Part shown: positions 50,601-58,359 of the stretch, piece after piece
Layout of the letters: each line of letters opens with the position of its first letter
Numbering within the stretch: position 1 is the stretch's first letter
Assembly (NCBI GenBank): GCA_034530615.2
Contig: JAVRCV020000071.1
Coordinates: forward strand, 124,335-188,334
DNA: 64,000 nt
Direction of reading: 5' to 3'
Source: Aulosira sp. ZfuVER01
Lineage (GTDB): Bacteria; Cyanobacteriota; Cyanobacteriia; Cyanobacteriales; Nostocaceae
Translations under genes and position numbers: made by a program
The notes under the pieces: generated by a model
Seen by the model: only the letters and a program-made list of their open reading frames with translations
Told to the model about the DNA's origin: nothing
The model's database searches: none

Positions 50601-51550
50601 TTAGTCCTGATGGACAAATAATTGCTTCTGCTAGTTTTGATAAAACCGTCAGATTATGGGGTGTGGATGGGAAACTCTTAAATACCCTAGAAGGACATAG
50701 CAATCCAGTCTATGGAGTAAGTTTTAGTCCTGATGGAACAATAATTGCTTCTGCTAGTTTTGACAAAACTGTCAAATTATGGGGTGTGGATGGGAAACTC
50801 TTAAATACTCTAGAAGGACATACTGATCGGGTCTATGGAGTAAGTTTTAGTCCTAATGGACAAATGATTGCTTCTGCTAGTGTTGATAAAACAGTAAGAT
50901 TATGGCACTCAAATGGAATGCTCTTGAAAACCTTAGAAAGACATACTGATGCGGTCTGGGGAGTGAGTTTTAGCCCCGATGGACAAATGATTGCTTCTGG
51001 TAGTGTTGATAAAACAGTAAGATTATGGAGTGTAGATGGGACCTTATTGAATACCCTAGAAGGACATAGCGATCAAGCTTGGGGAGTAAGTTTTAGTCCT
51101 AATGGGCAAATAATTGCTTCTGCCAGTTTTGATAAAACAGTAAAATTATGGAGTGTAGATGGGACACTATTAAGAACACTAGAAGGACATAGTGATCCAG
51201 TCTATGGAGTAAGTTTTAGTCCCGATGGACAAATAATTGCTTCTGCCAGTTTTGATAAAACAGTAAAATTATGGAGTGTAGATGGGACACTATTAAGAAC
51301 ACTAGAAGGACATAGTGATCCAGTCTATGGAGTAAGTTTTAGTCCTGATGGACAAATAATTGCTTCTGCCAGTTTTGATAAAACAGTAAAATTATGGCGT
51401 ATCGATCCTAAAGATTTAATCTTAGACCCAGATGTTAAATTAAATAACTTACTCAAAAAAGGTTGTAATTGGATTAGGGAATATCTGAAAACTAATCCTA
51501 ATGTTAGCGAAAGAGACAGACATCTCTGTGACAATATTTGCTCTCCTTAA
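47675..51550 (+). CDS. NLR-like protein: uncharacterised N-terminal domain, nSTAND-type NTPase and 14 WD40 repeats
   Basis: CPYQGL..F...FFGRE, GNSGIGKSS, IVIDQFEE, TLRADF, LPLLEF, VHEALIRGW; 14 x 41-aa GH...W repeats. Confidence 0.88.
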   Translation: MADGDSLGEETQTRAWAFVYALFTTHENPEADITQGQIKIVRKNWRDDRKNGHPTLVVTAYKNDLLKVIGKQKQILGNLKFNGDHFSSAYNTWLAKREPLDILTDLREVNRGSKANLYPFELRLWSTVLEDNKREFDKAWEEGKQRKKGGDSSFIYDVFSEKCPYQGLFAFKKEDAPFFFGRENFIQTLVNAVQAKPLVAVVGNSGIGKSSVIFAGLIPTLEELGTWNIATFRPTNSPFYGLAKALLELFEPEMHTLERVIKAKKYVENFKKEDLTLKNILEFKFQEFSSKERFLIVIDQFEELYTLSFEDERNLFLDQLLEVIEIESKKRIPDVILVITLRADFYGYALSHPALGKALQKWKPENLLRMNIDELKEAIEKPAKVAGLKIQYGLTKIILDAIKNNQGELPLLEFTLEKLWEKRSNGQLTISAYDEIGGVEKALANHAEEVYNKLDEEEKKQAKHIFTQLVRFGENTDNTRRLATRDEIGEENWKLVTRLASSERELEARLVITGYDESKQKPTVEVVHEALIRGWERLRNWMEEDREFRKWQDRLRTEKDIWENSGQDSGALLRGALLVEAEEWLKQKSENITNQKEIEFIIASRQYQEQEDIERIQELLNLSQKELQLKQQLNSLVIAVKAGVKLRNIKEPSQELKNNVIERLQQGSYEISERNQLVSHINEVVGVNFSPDGQIIASASDDHTIKLWNLDGQILNTLEGHTDQVWGVSFSPNGQIIASASADKTVRLWNLDGQLLNTLEGHTDRVYGISFSPDGQIIASGSIDKTVKLWSVDGKLLNILEGHSEQVWGVSFSPDGQIIASASDDKTVRLWSVDGKILNTLEGHTEQVWRVSFSPDGQIIASASFDKTVKLWGVDGKLLNTLKGHTNRVYGVSFSPDGQIIASTSVDKTIRLWSVDGKLLNTLEGHNETVYGVSFSPDGQIIASASVDKTVRLWCLDKTLLSTLEGHNDPVYEASFSPDGQIIASASFDKTVRLWGVDGKLLNTLEGHSNPVYGVSFSPDGTIIASASFDKTVKLWGVDGKLLNTLEGHTDRVYGVSFSPNGQMIASASVDKTVRLWHSNGMLLKTLERHTDAVWGVSFSPDGQMIASGSVDKTVRLWSVDGTLLNTLEGHSDQAWGVSFSPNGQIIASASFDKTVKLWSVDGTLLRTLEGHSDPVYGVSFSPDGQIIASASFDKTVKLWSVDGTLLRTLEGHSDPVYGVSFSPDGQIIASASFDKTVKLWRIDPKDLILDPDVKLNNLLKKGCNWIREYLKTNPNVSERDRHLCDNICSP
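49703..51400 (+). repeat. 123-bp coding tandem repeats (WD40), highly similar at DNA level
   Basis: Recurring agttttagtcctgatggacaaataattgcttctg; last units near identical. Confidence 0.9.
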
Positions 51551-51596
51551 TCAACGCCATAAAGAGAACTAACTCATATAGTAGAAAATATTTTTC

Positions 51597-54500
51597 CTAT
51601 TGATTACTTTGTCCACTCTTGGTTATTCGCTTATAAACCTCCCCAACTAGCCAATCTGACACTACCTTCCGAAAATCACGGTCATTCATGTAACGTGCAA
51701 AAATCGCTTCATTTTGATCAACTCGCTCAACAAAAAGAGACTCTAGCATCTGATTAAAAAGCAAGGCGAATTTATCAGCAGAGTTAACCCGTGCTGCTTG
51801 TTGTAATTCATCAGAATTAGCAGCAGTTTCCACAATCTGATCAAAAAATAATTGATCTGCTTGGTTGAAATCAGTACCAAAACGATTATTGATGATGTCG
51901 ATTAGCTGTGATAGTTTAACAGTATCTCCTCGAAAAATACCTGTGCCAACATCTTTCGGCCCATCGAGTGGACGGGCATTACCTTTGCTTAACTCTATTG
52001 AACCTTCACTAATTTTCTGTAGGCGGTAATACTCTAGCTGGACTTCGCTATCAAAATCATACTGTGCTTCCTGTGGACGACGCGGCAGTTTAGATGATAG
52101 GTGACGCAAAAAAATGTAGAGGCGTTCTAAATCGGAGTCTTGGTAGGGTATAACCTGACTCAAGAAGGCGTAAAGATTACGAAAAGCTGTGAGTTTTTTA
52201 CGCCAAACTTGAGCTTCCTCTGGTTTTTCGTTAAGGAACGCACGAAAGCGGTCAACGGCTGGGTCTAGTGCTGCATTCATTGCTTGATGATCAGCCGGAC
52301 TTTGACGCTGTTTCGGTTTAAAGTAGATTTCGCAAAAGCCTTCAACTTCTTGATGCAGATATATTCCTAAAGCTTCAAGTTCGCTTTGGAGTTGGTAAAG
52401 TTGTTGAGGATCTGCTTCTGCTCCTAATTCAGCCCCCTCATAAAACTGCTGGAATGCTTGGCGAATTTCTTCTCTGTCGTTAATAAAATCTAGGATAAAT
52501 GTATCTTCTTTGAGTGGGTGAATGCGGTTAAGGCGAGAAAGGGTCTGTACTGCTTGAATTCCCCCTAATTTCCTGTCAATATACATGGTGTGTAGCAAGG
52601 GTTGGTCAAAGCCAGTTTGATATTTTTCGGCTACGAGTAAAACCTGAAATTCACTGGTAGCAAATCGTTCTGGCAATTCTTTCTCTCGAATGCCTTTATT
52701 CATCTCCTCTTCAGTGTAAGTTCTGTCTTTAATCTTGTCGTCTGCGACTATGCCGGAAAAGGCAACCAGTGTTTTGATAGGATAACCTTTTTCTTTGATG
52801 TATTTGTCGAAACCTTGTTTGTAGCGCACTGCATCAATGCGAGAGCTAGTTACTACCATTGCTTTAGCTCTACCACCAATTTTATGCCGAGTAAACGTGT
52901 TGAAGTGTTCCACCATTACTTCTGTCTTCTGGGCAATATTATGGGGATGTAGGCGCATGAAACGAGCCAGGGAACGAGCAGCATTTTTGCGTTCTACGTT
53001 GGGGTCGTTTTTACTGGCTTTGATTAAGTTGAAGTAGACTTTATAAGTAGTGTAATTCCGCAAGACATCCATGATAAAGCCTTCTTCTATGGCTTGACGC
53101 ATGGTGTAGCGGTGAAAAGCTTCTCCTTGACGACCAAAGAATTTCAGGGTTTGGTGTTTCGGTGTAGCAGTAAAAGCGAAAAAACTCAGGTTGGACTGAT
53201 GGGAACGCCTGACTAGACTGAGGAAAAGTTCTTCTAGATGTTCTAGTCCTTCTTCCTGAGCGCGGTTTCGTGCTTCTGCTTGCAATGCTTCGCCGCCAAG
53301 TACCCCTTTTAACTCAGTTACAGTTTCACCAGACTGGGAACTGTGCGCTTCATCAATAATTACAGCGCAACGACGGGTAGGTAGAACTCCGCTACTTTGT
53401 TCGTTGCGTTCCTCTGCCAGCTTAACCAACTGGCGACTCACAAAGGGAAATTTCTGTAGGGTGGTGATGATGATGGGAACGGCATTTTCTAAAGCTTGTG
53501 CCAACTGTCGGGAGTTTTCGTCAATTTTCTCAACAACGCCTTGACGATGCTCAAATTGATAAATGGTGTCTTGTAATTGTTGGTCAAGTACGCGGCGATC
53601 GCTAATTACAATTACACTATCAAAAACACGCTGGTTTTGGTCGTTGTATAAGGAAGCAAGGCGATGAGTCAGCCAACCTATGGTGTTACTTTTGCCACTC
53701 CCTGCTGAATGTTCAATTAAATAGTTGTTTCCTACGCCTTCATTCTTTGCAGCATCTACCAGTAACCGCACAGCCTGAAGTTGATGATAGCGAGGAAATA
53801 TCATGGTTTCTTTTTTAAACCTGCGCCCGTCATCGTCTCGTTTATCTTCTGTTTGTAAATGGAGAAACCGAGCCAGAAGGTCAAGTAAACTGTCCCGTTG
53901 CAAAACTTCTTCCCACAGGTACGCAGTGCGGTAATTACGTCCTTCTATGTCTGGTGGATTACCTGCCCCGCCATCATATCCTTTGTTAAAGGGCAGAAAG
54001 TGGGTAGCTTCTCCCGCTAGGCGTGTTGCCATCCAAACATCTTCGGTATCTACAGCGAAATGTACTAAGCTACGGCGTTTAAACTCGAAGATAGTTTCTC
54101 TGGGATCGCGGTCTTGGCGGTATTGCTGTTTGGCATTTTCTACAGTTTGCCCTGTAAGTGGATTCTTCAGTTCTAGGGTGACAATTGGGATACCATTTAA
54201 GCTAAGGGTGATGTCGAGCGATCGCTTTTTTTCCCGTTCACTGTATTCTAGTTGTCGAGTAATACCCACATAGTTGGCAGCATAACGGGTTTCTAATTCC
54301 GAGTTTAGTCCGTGGGCAGCTTTGAAGTAAGCTATACGCAGAGTTCGACCATAGCATTTGAACCCATGACGGAGAGTGTGTAGTGACCCGTAGGTGTCCA
54401 TCCATTTACACAGGTCTGTCAGCACTTGCTCACCTGTTTTTTCTTTGTGCAGTGCTTCTAGTTTCTGCCATTCTTTGGGTTGAGTCTGCTGGATAAATGC

Positions 54501-54629
54501 GATCGCTATATTGGGAAACAAGGCGCGAGTGCGATCAAATTTATCTAAAACTTTGATATAGCCGTGACTGAGAAAGTGATTTTCAATTACATTCTCAAAA
54601 GCTGTCTCGGTGTGTTTGGCTATATTCAT
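51597..54629 (-). CDS. hsdR: Type I restriction enzyme R subunit
   Basis: LELKN nuclease motif, HSAGSGKS, IIDEAHSSQ, FTATP, QTGFD, QTLSRLNR. Confidence 0.93.
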   Translation of the reverse strand: MNIAKHTETAFENVIENHFLSHGYIKVLDKFDRTRALFPNIAIAFIQQTQPKEWQKLEALHKEKTGEQVLTDLCKWMDTYGSLHTLRHGFKCYGRTLRIAYFKAAHGLNSELETRYAANYVGITRQLEYSEREKKRSLDITLSLNGIPIVTLELKNPLTGQTVENAKQQYRQDRDPRETIFEFKRRSLVHFAVDTEDVWMATRLAGEATHFLPFNKGYDGGAGNPPDIEGRNYRTAYLWEEVLQRDSLLDLLARFLHLQTEDKRDDDGRRFKKETMIFPRYHQLQAVRLLVDAAKNEGVGNNYLIEHSAGSGKSNTIGWLTHRLASLYNDQNQRVFDSVIVISDRRVLDQQLQDTIYQFEHRQGVVEKIDENSRQLAQALENAVPIIITTLQKFPFVSRQLVKLAEERNEQSSGVLPTRRCAVIIDEAHSSQSGETVTELKGVLGGEALQAEARNRAQEEGLEHLEELFLSLVRRSHQSNLSFFAFTATPKHQTLKFFGRQGEAFHRYTMRQAIEEGFIMDVLRNYTTYKVYFNLIKASKNDPNVERKNAARSLARFMRLHPHNIAQKTEVMVEHFNTFTRHKIGGRAKAMVVTSSRIDAVRYKQGFDKYIKEKGYPIKTLVAFSGIVADDKIKDRTYTEEEMNKGIREKELPERFATSEFQVLLVAEKYQTGFDQPLLHTMYIDRKLGGIQAVQTLSRLNRIHPLKEDTFILDFINDREEIRQAFQQFYEGAELGAEADPQQLYQLQSELEALGIYLHQEVEGFCEIYFKPKQRQSPADHQAMNAALDPAVDRFRAFLNEKPEEAQVWRKKLTAFRNLYAFLSQVIPYQDSDLERLYIFLRHLSSKLPRRPQEAQYDFDSEVQLEYYRLQKISEGSIELSKGNARPLDGPKDVGTGIFRGDTVKLSQLIDIINNRFGTDFNQADQLFFDQIVETAANSDELQQAARVNSADKFALLFNQMLESLFVERVDQNEAIFARYMNDRDFRKVVSDWLVGEVYKRITKSGQSNQ

Positions 54630-55390
54630 TTTCGCCTCTTTTGAGGTTGGGTTTTGTTTTTATTTTTTGCCTTAGATTTAGCAATATACTCCAGTCTTTT
54701 AATATGTTTTTCTAATGCTTGTATTAATACAAAACAGAAAGGTTCTAATTTACCTTCCTGCTGAAATTGTAGCTTTTTAAGTCTGCTACGTGCATCTTGA
54801 ATACGAAGATCATTTTTTAAACCGAGAGTACCTTGAATTGCAGCTTTACGGAACTTTGTAAGGTCATGATGATCAAGTCCCAACTTCTTGATAGTCGTTT
54901 CTGCTGCTCGATCCCCTTGATTATATTTAATCTCGCCTTTTAAACTGAATAAGAAACGTGTTTCACAAGACCGATCTAATGGAGATACAAATAAATTTTG
55001 TTCTCCTTTGTTGTGATCAGGCCAATTTCCTTTCTGCTCACCGCCATATGGTGTTTTATGTTCAGCATTCGGTCCTGGATAGGAAGCAACCATGTTAGTA
55101 TATGTGACTTCTTCCTCGGCATTACAATAGTCCTGAGCTTTCACATGATCAATATGACAGTCACACTTATGATATGTTGTTCCATTTTCTTCTATTTCTA
55201 TATAGCCGTTGATACGCATACCGCTATAAGCACATAACCAGCCTTGTTCTTCGACTAAGGAATCAGTTACAGCTTTTGTGACATTTTTATTTTGACGCAT
55301 CAAATCGTAGCCAAAGTTAATATCTTGGGCATAAAATACACGCCACTCAGTCAACTCACGAGGTTCATTCTTCTTATGAATCCATCTCAT
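54626..55390 (-). CDS. HNH nuclease, PtuB / TIGR02646-like
   Basis: N-terminal KKNEP..L..W, EQGWLCAY, HIDH...YTNMVAS; overlaps the ATPase stop and the hsdR start. Confidence 0.75.
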   Translation of the reverse strand: MRWIHKKNEPRELTEWRVFYAQDINFGYDLMRQNKNVTKAVTDSLVEEQGWLCAYSGMRINGYIEIEENGTTYHKCDCHIDHVKAQDYCNAEEEVTYTNMVASYPGPNAEHKTPYGGEQKGNWPDHNKGEQNLFVSPLDRSCETRFLFSLKGEIKYNQGDRAAETTIKKLGLDHHDLTKFRKAAIQGTLGLKNDLRIQDARSRLKKLQFQQEGKLEPFCFVLIQALEKHIKRLEYIAKSKAKNKNKTQPQKRRK

Positions 55391-56735
55391 CTTCTAAATC
55401 CACATCATCCGCTAAATCTTCAAGATTATTAATACTGGCTTCAAGACGAATCACCTCATCGTCATTTCCTTGAATCATGGCTTTCAATTGTTCCAGCCTG
55501 TTGCGGGCTAGTTCGAGTTCACCTTCTTCTAGAGCATCTTCTACAAGGTTTATCTGAGCTTGGGTAGTTGCATTACGTGATGCAGTTCCCATCAATTGCT
55601 CAAGTATCCAGTTTGAAGCTAAACCAAATCCTTGAAGTCCCTTTTTAATTACAACAATTCCGTTATCTTCCTTTGAAATTAAGGTTAAGCCTGGTGGCTT
55701 GACTTCACCTACAATTTGCGGTGAGTGTGTGGTAGCAATAAACTGACATTTTGGAAATGTTTTAATTAGTTGCTCTACTATGGTGCGTTGCCAAACTGGG
55801 TGTAAGTGCAAGTCTAATTCATCAATTAGCACAACAGCTTGACCATCCCCCAAAGGATCTTCCGATTCAGGATTAGCTTGTGATAGTCGTTTTGCTAAAT
55901 CTAGCACCAGTGCCAGAATACCTCTTTCACCATCTGACAATTGACGCACATCGAGAGCCACTCCCTCTTTGTCCATGACTAATGTAGTTTCTGGTTCGCG
56001 TACAGCACGAAGATGAGTACATTTGTCCAAAAAGGTAGTGACAGCATACTCTAAAACATTGAGGTGTTGCTGTGCCAATTCTCTTCCCTCTTTTACTAGT
56101 GCCTCTTGCACCAATAACCAGTCAGCAAACTCACGAAGACGTAATTCTCGTCCACTCAGTGCTTCTGCGAAAGCGGCAGCTTGACCACCAACACTAATCT
56201 GTTTGCTGGGTGCAGCCATGCTAGAAAGTGAGCGGCGGGTTGAGAAATAAACTCCAAGAGGTTGAATTTTAGCTGTCTTTACCTGCTTCGATATGCTCTT
56301 CTCATTAGGATTTAAGTCGTAACGTTCTGCTGAGTTATATACCTGTTGCTGTAGCCTTCGTTGTTTAATTCTTTTACGTCTGTCTAAGTAATGAGGTAAT
56401 TGCTCCTCTTCATCTTTTTGTGATGTTTGTTCGCCATATTCTTCACGTGGTTGATGTACTAAGTATTCAAAAGAAATGCCCACTGCATCAAACTGGAGTT
56501 CAGCAGTGAAAGCACCACTATTAATTTTGATATCGCTGGCAGTAAAAGCAATTGGCCTACTTTTAGAAGCAGTGAACTTAGGTAATACCTGCGATAGCAA
56601 AATCCGCAGTGCATCAAGTACAGTGGATTTTCCAACCCCGTTGATTCCTACCAGTAAATTCATACCAGGGTGGAAATCAAAAGTTACCTGTTCAAAGACA
56701 CGAAACTGAGTAAGTGTAAGTTGTCTAATTATCAT
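55374..56735 (-). CDS. ABC/AAA ATPase, PtuA (Septu)-like
   Basis: GINGVGKST, LSDGE, VLIDELDLHLHP, ATTHSP; probable start MIIRQLTL at 56735. Confidence 0.8.
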   Translation of the reverse strand: MIIRQLTLTQFRVFEQVTFDFHPGMNLLVGINGVGKSTVLDALRILLSQVLPKFTASKSRPIAFTASDIKINSGAFTAELQFDAVGISFEYLVHQPREEYGEQTSQKDEEEQLPHYLDRRKRIKQRRLQQQVYNSAERYDLNPNEKSISKQVKTAKIQPLGVYFSTRRSLSSMAAPSKQISVGGQAAAFAEALSGRELRLREFADWLLVQEALVKEGRELAQQHLNVLEYAVTTFLDKCTHLRAVREPETTLVMDKEGVALDVRQLSDGERGILALVLDLAKRLSQANPESEDPLGDGQAVVLIDELDLHLHPVWQRTIVEQLIKTFPKCQFIATTHSPQIVGEVKPPGLTLISKEDNGIVVIKKGLQGFGLASNWILEQLMGTASRNATTQAQINLVEDALEEGELELARNRLEQLKAMIQGNDDEVIRLEASINNLEDLADDVDLEDEMDS

Positions 56736-56920
56736 GTCTAAATTGTTACATTTATTTGCTTCATTACTGGTGCTGTAATCAGCGAAGCAAAACGCCAATC
56801 CTGATAGTTTATGACTCTAAACAGTATATTTCCATAATTTATTAATTTTACTTGTTGTTTATTTAAGAATTAATGAGTTATGTGTGTGTAAATATAAAAA
56901 ATTACTACACTTTTTAAGTA

Positions 56921-57036
56921 TATAGCGTTTCCTAGTCTGCTGAGGTACAAATTTATCGGTGTTTATCTGTGTTCATCCTCTTCTATTGGCGGTTAATTCT
57001 TTGTTACAATACCTCACGAGTATGGGAATTGCTATA
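56921..57036. mobile_element. MITE-like element immediately after the hsdS stop
   Basis: 27-bp imperfect inverted arms (20/27 match) TATAGC...TGAGGTA / TACCTCA...GCTATA. Confidence 0.6.
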
Positions 57037-58359
57037 CTATGCTTTTACTTTAATTTGTCCTGTGACTGCTGCTGTAATTAGAGCAGTATGACGTTCACGT
57101 AATAGTTTAATTGTACTAATAGCTACTTTTCTTAACCTATCTATCTCTGATGTTGCTACTTTCAGGTATTCGATAATAGCTTTTCGTTCTTCTGAAGGAG
57201 GTACTACGATTGGTAATTCCTTCACATTAGTTGCTGAGATTGAAGCAAGATTAGTGCTTTGTTTAGACCGGGATTCAAAGTAAGCTTTTAAATAATTTGA
57301 GCTAATTATAGTAGTTAACCAATCAGGTTCAATGTTGTAGCATCGCAGTGCAAAAACATGGTTTTGATGCAAGCAAGGCTCAATAGAGCCATCCCAAACA
57401 GCACCACGCCCCAACTTATCAGCATCACCACCTTCATTCATTAAGACATCACCTTTTTCCAGTTTGAATGAAGATATTTCTTCTGGTAACACTTCGATTT
57501 GAGCTATATCTGATAAATCGAGATATCCATCTTGAACATTAGCAACACGGAGATACGGTACAAGAATGGGTTCACGATTCCCAAAATTGCGCCCTTTAGT
57601 TACTCCCGTTCTCAATTCGCCTAAAAACTTAAGGTTGATAACTTTCCAATGCTTAGGTACAGAGTTCAAGAAATCAAAACTCAAACGTTGCATAGGAACA
57701 TCAGGATTCAGTCCATAAGTGACAATATGAGTAATTAGGGCTTGGCGTTTTTCCTCAAGTAATTCAAGCAGACTCTCCTTAGCTGAAATAAGAGTATTTA
57801 TTTTAGCGGTTTCATGATCAAGGTAATTTGCGATCGCACATTGCTCAGACAGGGGAGGCAGCCAGATCCACATCTGACTAAATTTTTCGACAGTAAAGTG
57901 AGCAATTGTTGCTTTGTTGCAAATAACATCAAGCCATTCGTGCGACGTTGCGTGTAAAAGCAAGTATCTTAGAAAACGCAAATCTCCTGTCTGCCTTGGG
58001 CGAACTAGATGGAGAGCATTTTGAATAATACAATTTCTAGGTAGTTCATCTGTTACAATTACAGCACGTCCAACCTCACCACCTTCACAAACAAGAAGGT
58101 CGCCCTTTCTCACTCGTAGCATCTCAATTTCACCAGGGGATGCCCACATTGTTGGTAATTCTTCAGTCAACACCTGATCCCACTGAATATGCTGTGCTTT
58201 CAAGTAAGGTACTTCGACATCTTCTGAAGACTGTGCAGAATTTTGAAGCATTTTACCTAGCGTAATTTCATAGTGGTGCTTAATCTGAGTAAATCGCCAA
58301 TTTTTTATATATGCTGGTTGCCACGGTGCTTCTAGTTTTAGAAATTTATCCTCTATCAA
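57037..58359 (-). CDS. hsdS: Type I R-M specificity subunit
   Basis: Two TRDs with PPLSEQ..IA.YLD and PPSEERKAI; ALITAAVTG; TTG start overlapping the hsdM stop. Confidence 0.92.
   Translation of the reverse strand: MIEDKFLKLEAPWQPAYIKNWRFTQIKHHYEITLGKMLQNSAQSSEDVEVPYLKAQHIQWDQVLTEELPTMWASPGEIEMLRVRKGDLLVCEGGEVGRAVIVTDELPRNCIIQNALHLVRPRQTGDLRFLRYLLLHATSHEWLDVICNKATIAHFTVEKFSQMWIWLPPLSEQCAIANYLDHETAKINTLISAKESLLELLEEKRQALITHIVTYGLNPDVPMQRLSFDFLNSVPKHWKVINLKFLGELRTGVTKGRNFGNREPILVPYLRVANVQDGYLDLSDIAQIEVLPEEISSFKLEKGDVLMNEGGDADKLGRGAVWDGSIEPCLHQNHVFALRCYNIEPDWLTTIISSNYLKAYFESRSKQSTNLASISATNVKELPIVVPPSEERKAIIEYLKVATSEIDRLRKVAISTIKLLRERHTALITAAVTGQIKVKA

Noticed and set aside
49972..51534. Antisense ORFs over the WD40 repeats
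   Set aside because: These are shadows of the repetitive sense-strand coding sequence.
54626..57036. Retron (PtuAB-type) system
   Set aside because: No reverse transcriptase ORF is present in or near the element.
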